A stretch of 34,924 nt of DNA from IMG/VR virus record IMGVR_UViG_2896589216_000002; one strand, written 5' to 3'. The DNA is from a virus (lineage: Duplodnaviria; Heunggongvirae; Uroviricota; Caudoviricetes). This document shows positions 21,584-32,177 of this stretch, one piece after another. Position 1 is the stretch's first letter; every line of letters starts with the position of its first letter. The notes under the pieces were generated by a model that saw nothing but the letters and a program-made list of their open reading frames with translations, was not told the origin of the DNA and searched no databases. The position numbers were made by a program, and so were the translations under genes.

Positions 21584-21834
21584 TTTTTGCCCCCGTCTAC
21601 AGAATAATCAACGCTGTCCATCATATGTCCGGTTTCAATAAGCGGGTTGTTAAAACCCTTTTGCCGGGCAGTGGATGCAGCGTTGGACGGACTTTCCCAG
21701 TCGCGAACAGACATCTGCAACTGCCCTTTGATATGTTCTCCCATACACACCAGAGCGGTCGCAGTATCAAAATCATTCGCCCGTAATAAGGTCGCCATTT
21801 TTTCGCCCCATTCGGGACTTTTATGTTCGATCAT
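21580..21834 (-). CDS. phage structural protein, 84 aa
   Basis: ATGA coupling on both sides. Confidence 0.35.
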   Translation of the reverse strand: MIEHKSPEWGEKMATLLRANDFDTATALVCMGEHIKGQLQMSVRDWESPSNAASTARQKGFNNPLIETGHMMDSVDYSVDGGKK

Positions 21835-22163
21835 CTTACGGAAGAACGGACGGGGGGAATGGTGACCGTGTGCTCAGGAATAACCACATCCTGAACAAAA
21901 TTCCCTTTACCGGCTTTGACAAAGCGGTGCCCGGTTTCTCCCGTTTTTTCGTTATAGCGAAAGTGGAGCGTCTGCTCACGGGCGGGTATGACCGCTCTTC
22001 CACCAAACTCCTGAACTGCGGCAATATAAGCCACTGACGTACCGTCAGGGTAAGTTGCTCCCTCAAGAAAACCCACTTTGAGTTTTTTACCCAATGAAAG
22101 GTTCGCGGCAACCTGTTTCAGCTTCTGCCGGAACTGTTTGCCACCTGTGACTTTATTTACCAT
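21831..22163 (-). CDS. phage head-tail connector/completion protein (HK97 gp10-like size), 110 aa
   Basis: Operon position. Confidence 0.4.
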   Translation of the reverse strand: MVNKVTGGKQFRQKLKQVAANLSLGKKLKVGFLEGATYPDGTSVAYIAAVQEFGGRAVIPAREQTLHFRYNEKTGETGHRFVKAGKGNFVQDVVIPEHTVTIPPVRSSVR

Positions 22164-22612
22164 CGACGCCCCCTCCCGTATCCCCGGTAATAATGCCCCG
22201 GATATCGCGAAGGTGCCCCCCCGGAATGATACTGCATTGAGCGGTATGGCGCTGTCGCCTGCCAGTAGTCAGCACCCCAGGGGGTCTGGAGATACCACCA
22301 CGACGCATCATTACTGCCGCTATTATCCACCGATACCGATACAGAACCTTCCGACGCACTGGTGATACGCCCCACCAGACCAGCCTGCCCGTCTCTCCCG
22401 TTTCCCAGCCCCCGCAATGCGCACAGATGCGCAACCAGCAGGAACAGAAGCTGTTCCCGCTCCTTCAGGTCGGTAACCGGACTGTCGTCCGTGTTATCCA
22501 GGTACAACGCGGTCGCCCGGTTAAACACCGCCGTCAGTAGCTCCGGTGTCACCGTGGAAAACTCCGGGTACAGACTGACAAACATCCGACAGTCAAACGT
22601 CACCGTACCCAT
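22157..22612 (-). CDS. phage head-tail adaptor-like protein, 151 aa
   Basis: Operon position; Gly/Arg/Tyr-rich C-terminus. Confidence 0.4.
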   Translation of the reverse strand: MGTVTFDCRMFVSLYPEFSTVTPELLTAVFNRATALYLDNTDDSPVTDLKEREQLLFLLVAHLCALRGLGNGRDGQAGLVGRITSASEGSVSVSVDNSGSNDASWWYLQTPWGADYWQATAPYRSMQYHSGGAPSRYPGHYYRGYGRGRRW

Positions 22613-22617
22613 AGCGT

Positions 22618-23685
<1,068 letters not shown>

Positions 23686-23694
23686 ATGGCGACA

Positions 23695-23910
23695 TTATTC
23701 ACCTCTCGCAGCCTTACGCTTATCTTCTCTTATTTTGAAATACAGATTCGTCAGATAAGTCAGAAGCCCCAGAAGCAGACTTCCCAGCACACCAATCGCA
23801 GCCCACTGTGATGGACTGACCTGATCCAACCACTGCAAAAACCAGTAGCCGGCACTGCCGGCGGAGGTGCCGTAGGCAATGCCCGTTGAAATTTTGTCCA
23901 TGGATTTCAT
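23695..23910 (-). CDS. phage-21-type pinholin (S21 family), 71 aa, dual-start motif MKSMDK
   Basis: Near-identical to the S21 holin as I recall it ([30 protein letters not shown]...); second Met at 23901. Confidence 0.8.
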   Translation of the reverse strand: MKSMDKISTGIAYGTSAGSAGYWFLQWLDQVSPSQWAAIGVLGSLLLGLLTYLTNLYFKIREDKRKAARGE

Positions 23911-24202
23911 AGCCTCACCTCCGCAAATAACGGATGGCGTAGTTTTACACTGAGAAATGAAAGGGATTTGAAAAGAAAAAAACGCAAAAGCGGGCGAAAC
24001 GATATATACAGTAAGGAAAGCACTCTATCCAACAAACCACCCACAGTTAATCGGAATAAAAGCAGAGTGCTTATGAATGATCGCACGCCCGAAGGTTAGT
24101 ATTTCTGCACAGCAATTTTGCAAAAAAAGGCGATCATTCATAACTTAAACGTCTTTCAGTCACTCCGGGATTTCCCATCATCGCAGACTGAAAGACTCTG
24201 AC

Positions 24203-24277
<75 letters not shown>

Positions 24278-24280
24278 ATA

Positions 24281-24357
<77 letters not shown>

Positions 24358-24359
24358 CT

Positions 24360-24436
24360 GGCCCACCACCGAGGACTCGAACCTCGCACCGTCAACTTAG
24401 AAGGTTGATGCTCTATCCGGATGAGCTAGTGGTGGT
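24360..24436 (-). tRNA. tRNA-Arg (anticodon UCU), phage argN/argO-like
   Basis: Anticodon loop CTTCTAA, T-loop TTCGAGT, CCA; unusual C1:G72 acceptor pair. Confidence 0.8.
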
Positions 24437-24437
24437 T

Positions 24438-24514
24438 GGTGGCCCTTGCTGGACTTGAACCAGCGACCTGGCGATTATGAGTCGCTCGCTCTGACCAACT
24501 GAGCTAAAGGGCCG
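24438..24514 (-). tRNA. tRNA with CAU anticodon, ileX/ileZ-like (probable tRNA-Ile2; Met not excluded)
   Basis: GGCCCTT acceptor, anticodon loop CTCATAA, T-arm GCTGGTTCAAGTCCAGC resembling E. coli ileX. Confidence 0.7.
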
Positions 24515-24593
24515 GAGGCAGAATAATAACCATATGTCATCACATCTGCAAACTCATCTGACCACCAGCACGTTTAACGTCCTGTGCCGTTTT

Positions 24594-25894
<1,301 letters not shown>

Positions 25895-26232
25895 CTGATA
25901 AAAGCGCCCTGTACTGGTTAGCAATAGCAAATTTACTACCAGCTGCTCTGATTTCAAGAAAGCTGTACACCTCCCTTATGCCTATATTTTTAACCGGAAC
26001 ACCACCAAAGTATTCACTTATGATTTTCAACCTCTGGTTGTGTCTTTTCATGGTGTTTGTGCTTAATTGTCTACGCTCTATTTCATTTCTGAAATTTAAT
26101 ATCAGCTCGCAGAATAATGTTACGCTATTACCTTTTATTCTATCCAGTAAGCTTATATGTTGCGTGGATAATAATTCCATATTTGCCGCAATAGCCTCAT
26201 TAACTGCAATTCTTTTGTCTCTTCCGATTCCA
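25895..26232 (-). pseudogene. AT-rich integrase-like fragment (N-terminal/SAM-like region), cut by IS1 upstream and IS911 downstream
   Basis: Frame ...RDKRIAVNEAIAANMELLSTQHISLLDRIK...LSTNTMKRHNQRLKIISEYFGGVPVKNIGIREVYSFLE...; low-GC codons. Confidence 0.35.
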
Positions 26233-26359
26233 GGTGATGACTCCAACTTACTGATAGTGTTTTATGTTCAGATAATGCCCGATGACCTTGTCATGCAGCT
26301 CCACCGATTTTGAGAACGACAGTGACTTCCGTCCCAGCCTTGCCAGATGTTGTCTCAGA
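26233..26359 (-). mobile_element. IS1 fragment (127 bp, IRR end plus insB 3' end), truncated by IS66 copy 3
   Basis: Identical to the 4462-4588 end of IS1 copy 1 up to ...tgtctcaga. Confidence 0.9.
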
Positions 26360-26396
26360 GTAAGCGTGCAGCAAGAACCGTATTGACGGGGATGTG

Positions 26397-27935
26397 TTAT
26401 TCAGTCGGCAGTGCTACGCGCCAGGGGAGCAGTTCGCCGACCCGGTTTATCGGCCAGTCGGCTATGACGTCAAGTACATAGCGGAGGTAGCTTTCTGGCT
26501 CCACTCCGTTCAGTTTGCACGTCCCGATCAGGCTGTACAGCAGCGCTCCCCGCTCTCCTCCATGATCCGAACCGAAGAACAGGTAGTTTTTGCGGCCCAG
26601 ACTGACCATCCGCAACGCATTTTCAGCGATGTTATTGTCCGCCTCAGCCCAGCCATCATCTGCATAGTACGTCAGCGCCGGCCACTGGTTCAGGGCGTAT
26701 GCGAACGCTTTCGCCAGTTCTGAGTGTCGCGACAGGGTTTTCATCTTTTCACGCAGCCAGCTTTCCAGGGATTTCAGCAGCGGTTTCGTTTTCAACTGAC
26801 GTTCGGCAAGGCGCTGCTCCGCCGTCATTCCCCTTATCTCTGCCTCGATGGCGTACAGTTCGCCGATCCGTTTCAGCGCTTCCTCCGTCAGGGCTGACGG
26901 GGTGCGAACGTGCACATCGTGGATTTTACGGCGGGCGTGAGCCCAACAGGCGGCTTCCGTTATCCGGCCATCCCGGTACAGCTCGTTGAACCCGGCGTAT
27001 GCATCCGCCTGCAGTACACCACTGAACCCCGCAAGATGGGTCTGCGGATGGATGCCTTTTCTGTCCGGGCTGTAAGCGAACCACACCGCCGGCGCCAGCG
27101 TTGACCCGGCGTTACGGTCGTCACGAACGTAGGTCCATAACCGCCCGGTCTTCGTTTTCTTATTGCCTGGCAACAGCACCGGGACAGGCGTGTCATCAGC
27201 ATGGAGCTTACCGTCAGTCAGCACATAGTCCTGAAGCGCTTCTTCCAGCGGTGACAGTAGCCGGCAGCATGCATCCACCCAGCCCGACAGCAGTGAACGA
27301 CTCAGCTCCACGCCCTGGCGGCCGTACATTTCAGACTGGCGGTACAGCGGGGTGTGCTCTGCATACTTTGAGATCAGCACGCGGGCCAGCAGCCCCGGTC
27401 CTGCGATACCCCGCTCGATGGGCCGTGAAGGCGCGGGGGCCTGCACGATGGCATCGCACTGAGTACAGGCATGCTTTTCACGTACAGTCCGGATAACCCG
27501 GAAGACGCTGCGCATCAACTCCAGCTGTTCGGCGGCATCCTCACCCGGATAGCTCAGTGAGCCTCCACATTCCGGGCAGCATGACGCTGCCGGCAGCAGC
27601 CGTTTTTCATCGCGGGGGAGTGATTCGGGGAACGGTTTGCGGGTGCGGGTTTGACGCAGCGGGCGCTGCACGGCCGGGTCGTCAACCCGACCGGTAAGGG
27701 TATCACTTTCTTTCTGAAGTGCCTTCAGGTCAGCTTCCATCTGTGCGATACGACGGGAGACTTTTTCGGAGCGGCTGCCGAAGTTCATCCGGCGCAGCTT
27801 ATCCAGCTGTGCCTGCAGATGGTCTATTTCGCGTTCACGCTCGTTCAGCTTTTCCAGCAGGGCACGGTTCAGCGCCTCCTGTTCGGCAAGGAGACGTTTC
27901 AGTGCATTGATATCGTCAGGAAGTGAGCTGCTCAT
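26397..27935 (-). CDS. tnpC: IS66 transposase TnpC (copy 3, intact)
   Basis: 512 aa, identical to copy 1. Confidence 0.9.
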   Translation of the reverse strand: MSSSLPDDINALKRLLAEQEALNRALLEKLNEREREIDHLQAQLDKLRRMNFGSRSEKVSRRIAQMEADLKALQKESDTLTGRVDDPAVQRPLRQTRTRKPFPESLPRDEKRLLPAASCCPECGGSLSYPGEDAAEQLELMRSVFRVIRTVREKHACTQCDAIVQAPAPSRPIERGIAGPGLLARVLISKYAEHTPLYRQSEMYGRQGVELSRSLLSGWVDACCRLLSPLEEALQDYVLTDGKLHADDTPVPVLLPGNKKTKTGRLWTYVRDDRNAGSTLAPAVWFAYSPDRKGIHPQTHLAGFSGVLQADAYAGFNELYRDGRITEAACWAHARRKIHDVHVRTPSALTEEALKRIGELYAIEAEIRGMTAEQRLAERQLKTKPLLKSLESWLREKMKTLSRHSELAKAFAYALNQWPALTYYADDGWAEADNNIAENALRMVSLGRKNYLFFGSDHGGERGALLYSLIGTCKLNGVEPESYLRYVLDVIADWPINRVGELLPWRVALPTE

Positions 27936-27983
27936 ACCGGGTATATTACCAGGCTCATTCAGCGTCGACCAGGATAAAGAGGC

Positions 27984-28331
27984 TTACAACATAGTCAGGG
28001 ACGTAAGCAGTCTTTTAGGCTGCCGCCAGTCGATACCTTCAAGGAGCATCGCCAGCTGTGCCGGTGTGAGGAACACTTTGCCATCCCGGGCTGACGGCCA
28101 GGCGAAGCGGCCGCGCTCCAGCCGTTTGGTCAGCAGACACAGTCCATCGCCGGTAGACCAGAGGAGCTTTACCTGACTGCCATTACGCCCACGGAAGATA
28201 AAAACGTGACCTGACATCGGATCGTCTTTCAGCGTCGTCTGCACCTTTGCCGCCAGGCCGTTGAAGCCATTTCTCATATCGGTGATACCGGCAACCAGCC
28301 AAATTTTGGTCCCGGAAGGTAACGGGATCAT
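27984..28331 (-). CDS. tnpB: IS66 TnpB (copy 3)
   Basis: Identical. Confidence 0.85.
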   Translation of the reverse strand: MIPLPSGTKIWLVAGITDMRNGFNGLAAKVQTTLKDDPMSGHVFIFRGRNGSQVKLLWSTGDGLCLLTKRLERGRFAWPSARDGKVFLTPAQLAMLLEGIDWRQPKRLLTSLTML

Positions 28332-28729
28332 CGCTTCAGTTCCTGTATCAGCAGAGTCAGGAGCTTTTCGCTGACATTGCCATTAAAGCGGAGCGTCCCG
28401 TGCCGGAACGTTACCTCACAGCTGATACTGAGGGTTTCCGGATCCTCTGCGAGCGATTCTGGCTGTTCGGCAGCTGCATCGAGAGTCACAGGAAGTAGCT
28501 GGGGGCTCTCTGAAGAAGGTAATAGCAGCTTTCCCTCGCGCCATTGTTGTCGCCATTTGAACAACAGATTGGCGTTAATGCCATTTTCAAGAGCAAGTTT
28601 TGAGATGGATATCCCGGGTTCACAGGAGGCAGCAACGAGCTGCTGTTTAAATTCGGGAGGATAATTAGGGCAGCCTTTTCGCCTGCCGGGATTCACATTT
28701 TTCTGCATATCTGACACTTTGGTTCCCAC
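28328..28729 (-). CDS. tnpA: IS66 TnpA (copy 3)
   Basis: Identical. Confidence 0.85.
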   Translation of the reverse strand: MGTKVSDMQKNVNPGRRKGCPNYPPEFKQQLVAASCEPGISISKLALENGINANLLFKWRQQWREGKLLLPSSESPQLLPVTLDAAAEQPESLAEDPETLSISCEVTFRHGTLRFNGNVSEKLLTLLIQELKR

Positions 28730-28826
28730 TACTTATTTGGTGGACACCACTTTGTCTAATTCGTCAGATTCTGACCAGACGGTTCAGGCTGTACGCTTAC
28801 GTTTTTATAATCCGGCCATGACATTT

Positions 28827-29186
28827 TTACAACATTGTCAGTGCGTTAAGGCGGGATGTTTTTGGCTGACGCCAGTCCAGCTTATCGAGGAGCATTGCCA
28901 GTTGCGAGCGGGTAATGGATACCTTGCCGTCACGCACAGCAGGCCAGATAAACTGGCCTTCCTCCAGGCGTCTGGTGAACAGGCACAGACCATCAGCATC
29001 AGCCCACAGGATTTTAATCATGTCACCCCGTCGGCCACGGAAGATGAACAGGTGACCGGAGAAGGGATTATCATTCAGCACATGCTGTACCTGTTCACCC
29101 AGCCCGTTGAAAGACTTACGCATATCGGTTATCCCAGCAACGAGCCAGATGCGGGTGCCTGACGGGAGTGAGATCATCGTCCCCAC
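28827..29186 (-). CDS. tnpB: IS66-family TnpB (second element), 119 aa
   Basis: Clear paralogue of the 115-aa TnpB (...WLVAGITDMR...NGL...FIFRGRRG...). Confidence 0.8.
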   Translation of the reverse strand: MGTMISLPSGTRIWLVAGITDMRKSFNGLGEQVQHVLNDNPFSGHLFIFRGRRGDMIKILWADADGLCLFTRRLEEGQFIWPAVRDGKVSITRSQLAMLLDKLDWRQPKTSRLNALTML

Positions 29187-29593
29187 CCGGTCAGTTCACG
29201 GATCAACACTGTGAGCAGCTCTGGTGAAGGATTTTCCAGCGTCATGTTACCGTGACGGAACTCCACCTTGCAGGAGCTGGCACTAACTGTAGTCTGAGTA
29301 GATAAAGACGGAGTAAGAGCAGCCACCGGTTCTTTCGGCTCATCCGGCGTTATCTCCACAGGTAATAATTCAACGCCAGTGTCAGAAGAGGTTGTTACCG
29401 GAAGACGCCGCGATATGCGCCCTTCGTTCTGCCAGAGCCTGAGCCATTTGAACAGCAGGTTATCATTGATATCGTGTTCCCGGGCAATACGGGCAACAGA
29501 GGCTCCTGGTTGTGAAGCCAGTTTAACCATTTGAAGTTTAAACTCATTTGAAAATGATCTGCGGGGTTCTGCAGATAATGCTTTCTGTTCCAT
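29174..29593 (-). CDS. tnpA: IS66-family TnpA (second element), 139 aa
   Basis: HTH protein paralogous to tnpA. Confidence 0.75.
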   Translation of the reverse strand: MEQKALSAEPRRSFSNEFKLQMVKLASQPGASVARIAREHDINDNLLFKWLRLWQNEGRISRRLPVTTSSDTGVELLPVEITPDEPKEPVAALTPSLSTQTTVSASSCKVEFRHGNMTLENPSPELLTVLIRELTGWGR

Positions 29594-29679
29594 AACAGGT
29601 GTCCACTAGTTGAAAAGGTGGGCACCTACGTTACCAATACAGGCTTAATGGCTACATACGGCGGTCAGTTTACGCTTAC

Positions 29680-30017
29680 CAAAATACGCTGTTGCTTTTT
29701 TTAATATATATCGCTCAAGGCGAGCTTCATTTAACGCCTTACGCAGTTGCAGAATTTCAGATTCCAGTTCAGCCACCGTGCGGGAACCAGGAGTACCGAG
29801 CCCTTTTCTGGCGGCGGTAACCCATTGTCCTAAAGTGCCTTCAGGAAGGGATAATCGGGAAGCGCCTTCACTGATCGAAAGTTGATTTTCAAGAACCGTT
29901 CTGACAGCTTCGGCTTTGAACTCTTTAGAGTAACGTTGGTTTTTTCTGCTCATTATTAGCTCCTTCTGATGCCATTCTATTTCAGGAAGGAGTGTCCGTT
30001 AAACTCAGGCTACCTCA
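29680..30017 (-). mobile_element. IS600 fragment (IRL + most of orfA), truncated by the IS66-family remnant
   Basis: OrfA MSRKNQRYSKEFKAEAVRTVLENQLSISEGASRL...; end tgaggtagcctgagtttaacggacactcc (complement, 29989-30017); A7G slippery run. Confidence 0.85.
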
Positions 30018-30076
30018 GCCTGAGGGCAGGTGTAAAACAATAATCAAGCATGGGGTTCATATCCATAGCTCCATTT

Positions 30077-30622
30077 TTATTTTAAGGAAAGCAACTGCTC
30101 TACGGTCATGTTTTTAATTGCGCCCCGGTTTACAAGAGTCCAGCCCTGTTTTTCCAGATAAAACCGGAAAGTCTCCAGGGTACAGACCAGTGCGCCATCA
30201 GGAACGGTTTCGGTGAATTCGACATTGCCGAATTTGTCGAAGTGAACAACCAGAGTGCGACCATCACCCGGAATCATCTTGTCAGCAGGTGGGGTGTTAT
30301 TCTGGCGCAGTTCGGCCTCCATGCGGTCGAACTCAGCAATGTAGGCTTCCTTGAATGTGGCGGCTTTTTTGCCCGTGAAGCCCATCACCAGGAAAACGAA
30401 GCCGTTTTTGGTGATTTGGTAGGCGTTATAAGAATTGCCGCGGTGTTCGAATTTAACCCGCGAAAAGTTGCTGGTTAAAAATAGTTCAGAACATTCGAGG
30501 GATTCTATTTTTTGAACAACATGGTGATGCTGCTTGCCAAAAAACTCAGCAATCGAAATAGAAGTAGTGACGGCGCGACCATTTTCGATGGTTACGTCAG
30601 GGTGAGAAAGGGTAGTAGCCAT
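30077..30622 (-). CDS. Rha-family phage regulatory protein, ~182 aa from ATG at 30622
   Basis: N-terminal Rha motif (VTTSISIAEFFGKQHHHVVQKIESL); RBS gagga 8 nt upstream; longer 274-aa ORF in track is probably an over-extension. Confidence 0.65.
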   Translation of the reverse strand: MATTLSHPDVTIENGRAVTTSISIAEFFGKQHHHVVQKIESLECSELFLTSNFSRVKFEHRGNSYNAYQITKNGFVFLVMGFTGKKAATFKEAYIAEFDRMEAELRQNNTPPADKMIPGDGRTLVVHFDKFGNVEFTETVPDGALVCTLETFRFYLEKQGWTLVNRGAIKNMTVEQLLSLK

Positions 30623-30788
30623 AATGACATCCTCAAGTGATAAGTTAATTAACTCACCAGCAGAGGTGCTAATCTCATGGGTGGTGAGACGCACAGGGTT
30701 AGCACTACCGGTCACTCGAGAACCCGGCCAGCCTTGCGGCTGCCCCGCACGCCTCACCATAATTTGAATGTGGCTGTGCATTACGCAT

Positions 30789-30814
30789 AAAAAAAACCGC
30801 TTCAGCGCGGTTAT
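30789..30814 (-). terminator. strong rho-independent terminator
   Basis: Minus-strand hairpin aaccgcgctgaagcggtt followed by T8. Confidence 0.7.
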
Positions 30815-30866
30815 GCGCTCGAGTAACTTTCGGGGTGCTAATCCCGGCGCCCGTTTTATGAGGTGC
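30789..30866 (-). ncRNA. candidate ~80-nt small RNA or leader transcript bounded by the promoter and terminator above
   Basis: No start codon inside; predicted RNA gcaccucauaaaacgggcgccgggauuagcaccccgaaaguuacucgagcgcauaaccgcgcugaagcgguuuuuuuu. Confidence 0.4.
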
Positions 30867-30872
30867 AGGTGC

Positions 30873-30901
30873 ATTATAATTCCACCCGTTCTGGTTTTCA
30901 A
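30873..30901 (-). promoter_or_regulatory. near-consensus sigma70 promoter (TTGAAA - 17 nt - TATAAT) reading toward lower coordinates
   Basis: Minus-strand ttgaaaaccagaacgggtggaattataat. Confidence 0.55.
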
Positions 30902-30939
30902 TAGCTACATTCAACATTTTCTCTTTCCTTTCATCACCG

Positions 30940-31085
30940 AAGTGAATTTTGTGATGCGGTGCCTAGTGCCTCCAGGTGACGTTAACCAGTTAACAATTAC
31001 AGTCGGCTTTCCCACCCAAACCAATAAGGACTAACATGACTTTTAACTGTGCCGCGTGCGCTTAGCCGCATTCACCGCATCACAA
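30940..31085. repeat. 22-bp perfect inverted repeat (aagtgaattttgtgatgcggtg) flanking a 102-bp spacer with central gttaaccagttaac palindrome
   Basis: Arms at 30940-30961 and 31064-31085. Confidence 0.8.
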
Positions 31086-31086
31086 A

Positions 31087-31150
31087 ATTCACTTTAAAAA
31101 GGGCGGACATCAGCCAGCAATTAAACCGATGCCGCCAACTGGTACTTCAC
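31087..31150 (-). ncRNA. DicF-like small RNA candidate
   Basis: Downstream of ydfA in a dicA-led operon; hairpin GGCGGCATC...GATGTCCGCC + T5; resembles the DicF core as I recall it (GUUUGGCGGUAUCAG...CUGCCGCCCUUUUU). Confidence 0.45.
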
Positions 31151-31338
31151 ACAGCAATGTCGTTATTTACAACCGGAAGCGCACTCCCACCATTTAAATT
31201 TCACAGACAAGACCGACTCTTTATGAATACCGGAAATGCGCCTTCGTGTTGTGCCCGGTTTTATTTCACCACCTCCGGGCTTTGGTGGCCTCGGCTATAC
31301 CTCTACAGCGAGAATATTGAATTAATCCAATAAATGGA

Positions 31339-31491
31339 TTAGCTGGTATTTTTGGCAAGCCAGCGACGTGCGCCAGCTTCGGTTTTAAACGTTTTGCTTT
31401 TGGTATACGTCATGGCGGTGAATGTGCCGTCCTGATTGGGAAACACGCCACACACTAGGGATTCGTTGTTGCCAAGATCGATAGTATCCAT
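31339..31491 (-). CDS. ydfA: YdfA-like protein (DUF1391), 51 aa from ATG at 31491
   Basis: MDTIDLGNNESLVCGVFPNQDGTFTAMTYTKSKTFK... closely matches Qin YdfA; RBS gagg upstream. Confidence 0.75.
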   Translation of the reverse strand: MDTIDLGNNESLVCGVFPNQDGTFTAMTYTKSKTFKTEAGARRWLAKNTS

Positions 31492-31693
31492 GCTGACCTC
31501 ATTTCCCCTTAACGCCGGGGTAGCGGAACTGTTTGCTGAGAACACCGTGCGGTGTCTTGATGAATGAAATTTAGAATAACCTAAGGTGTTGGGTTAAGAT
31601 TTTATGTAGAAAAACCTAAGTTTTTTTGATGTAAAAAACACAAGTGTTTGAAAGTTTGTGCTTTTTATTACAGGGTGTGGAGAAAAAAGGGGA

Positions 31694-32101
31694 TTATTTG
31701 TTTGCGCTTCTTTTGCGAGCTTTGAGTAGTTCTTCAAAAAGTTTGTTGAAATTTTCAACTCGAGCACGCATCTCTGACAACAGGGCCTTTTGCTCTGACT
31801 CAGGCAGTGCGTCGAACAGTTGAAGTAACTCTTTTTGATCTTCTGTCAGAATGGCTGGCTGATTATCCGGGATCGGTTCGCCTGGTTGTTTATCTTCATC
31901 CCCAAAAAGAAGCCAAGTCGGTGAGCACTGAAGCGCTTGGCTCAGTGCGAATAATCTTTTCCCCGCCGGCTGTGTTTCATCTCTTTCCCATTGAGAAATT
32001 GTTACGTGAGCCACTTTGACCAGCTTACCTAATGCGGCCTGAGACAGTTTTAATTTTTTACGCCTATGTAAGAGGCGAGCACCGAAGGTTTCGTTTTTCA
32101 T
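31694..32101 (-). CDS. dicA: DicA-like XRE-family HTH repressor, 135 aa
   Basis: Motifs LQCSPTWLLFGDEDKQP, LFDALPESEQ, EMRARVENFNKLFEELLKAR match DicA; divergent from a Cro-like gene. Confidence 0.8.
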   Translation of the reverse strand: MKNETFGARLLHRRKKLKLSQAALGKLVKVAHVTISQWERDETQPAGKRLFALSQALQCSPTWLLFGDEDKQPGEPIPDNQPAILTEDQKELLQLFDALPESEQKALLSEMRARVENFNKLFEELLKARKRSANK

Positions 32102-32177
32102 ATTAGGGAATTCTAATTTTTCTTGACTTAGGTTTCTCTACGAGCTAGTTTCCTTAGGAAAATCTAAGGAGCTCGAT
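32102..32177. promoter_or_regulatory. dicA-dicC divergent control region with repeated CTTAGG/CCTAAG motifs (candidate operators)
   Basis: ttaggga, gacttaggttt, ccttaggaaaatctaagga; same hexamer recurs downstream of dicA (31580-31630). Confidence 0.4.

Larger units (their letters stand above)
26360..28800 (-). mobile_element. IS66-family copy 3, 2441 bp, intact genes, no target duplication (gtctcaga / gtttttat)
   Basis: Both termini present; flanked by an IS1 fragment and a second IS66-family remnant. Confidence 0.95.
28801..29679 (-). mobile_element. remnant of a second, divergent IS66-family element (orfA + orfB only; tnpC replaced by IS66 copy 3)
   Basis: Left IR complement ...ggcggtcagtttacgcttac ends 29679; orfB stop is 26 bp from copy 3. 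Confidence 0.8.

Noticed and set aside
24438-24514. Calling the CAU-anticodon tRNA an initiator or elongator tRNA-Met
   Set aside because: Acceptor and T-arm resemble E. coli ileX rather than metT/metZ, and the genomic context is a phage rare-codon tRNA set; Met is not fully excluded without a scan.
30077-30901. 274-aa version of the Rha ORF given in the track
   Set aside because: The upstream 90 codons cross the terminator and have no Rha similarity; the ATG at 30622 with a GAGGA RBS gives the ~182-aa size typical of the family.
30705-30917. 70-aa ORF upstream of the Rha gene
   Set aside because: It spans a near-consensus promoter and a strong intrinsic terminator on its own strand; the region is better explained as a short non-coding transcript or leader.
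31049-31333. 94-aa plus-strand ORF between the Rha-proximal region and ydfA
   Set aside because: It lies antisense to the DicF-like RNA and the inverted-repeat region; composition is not protein-like.
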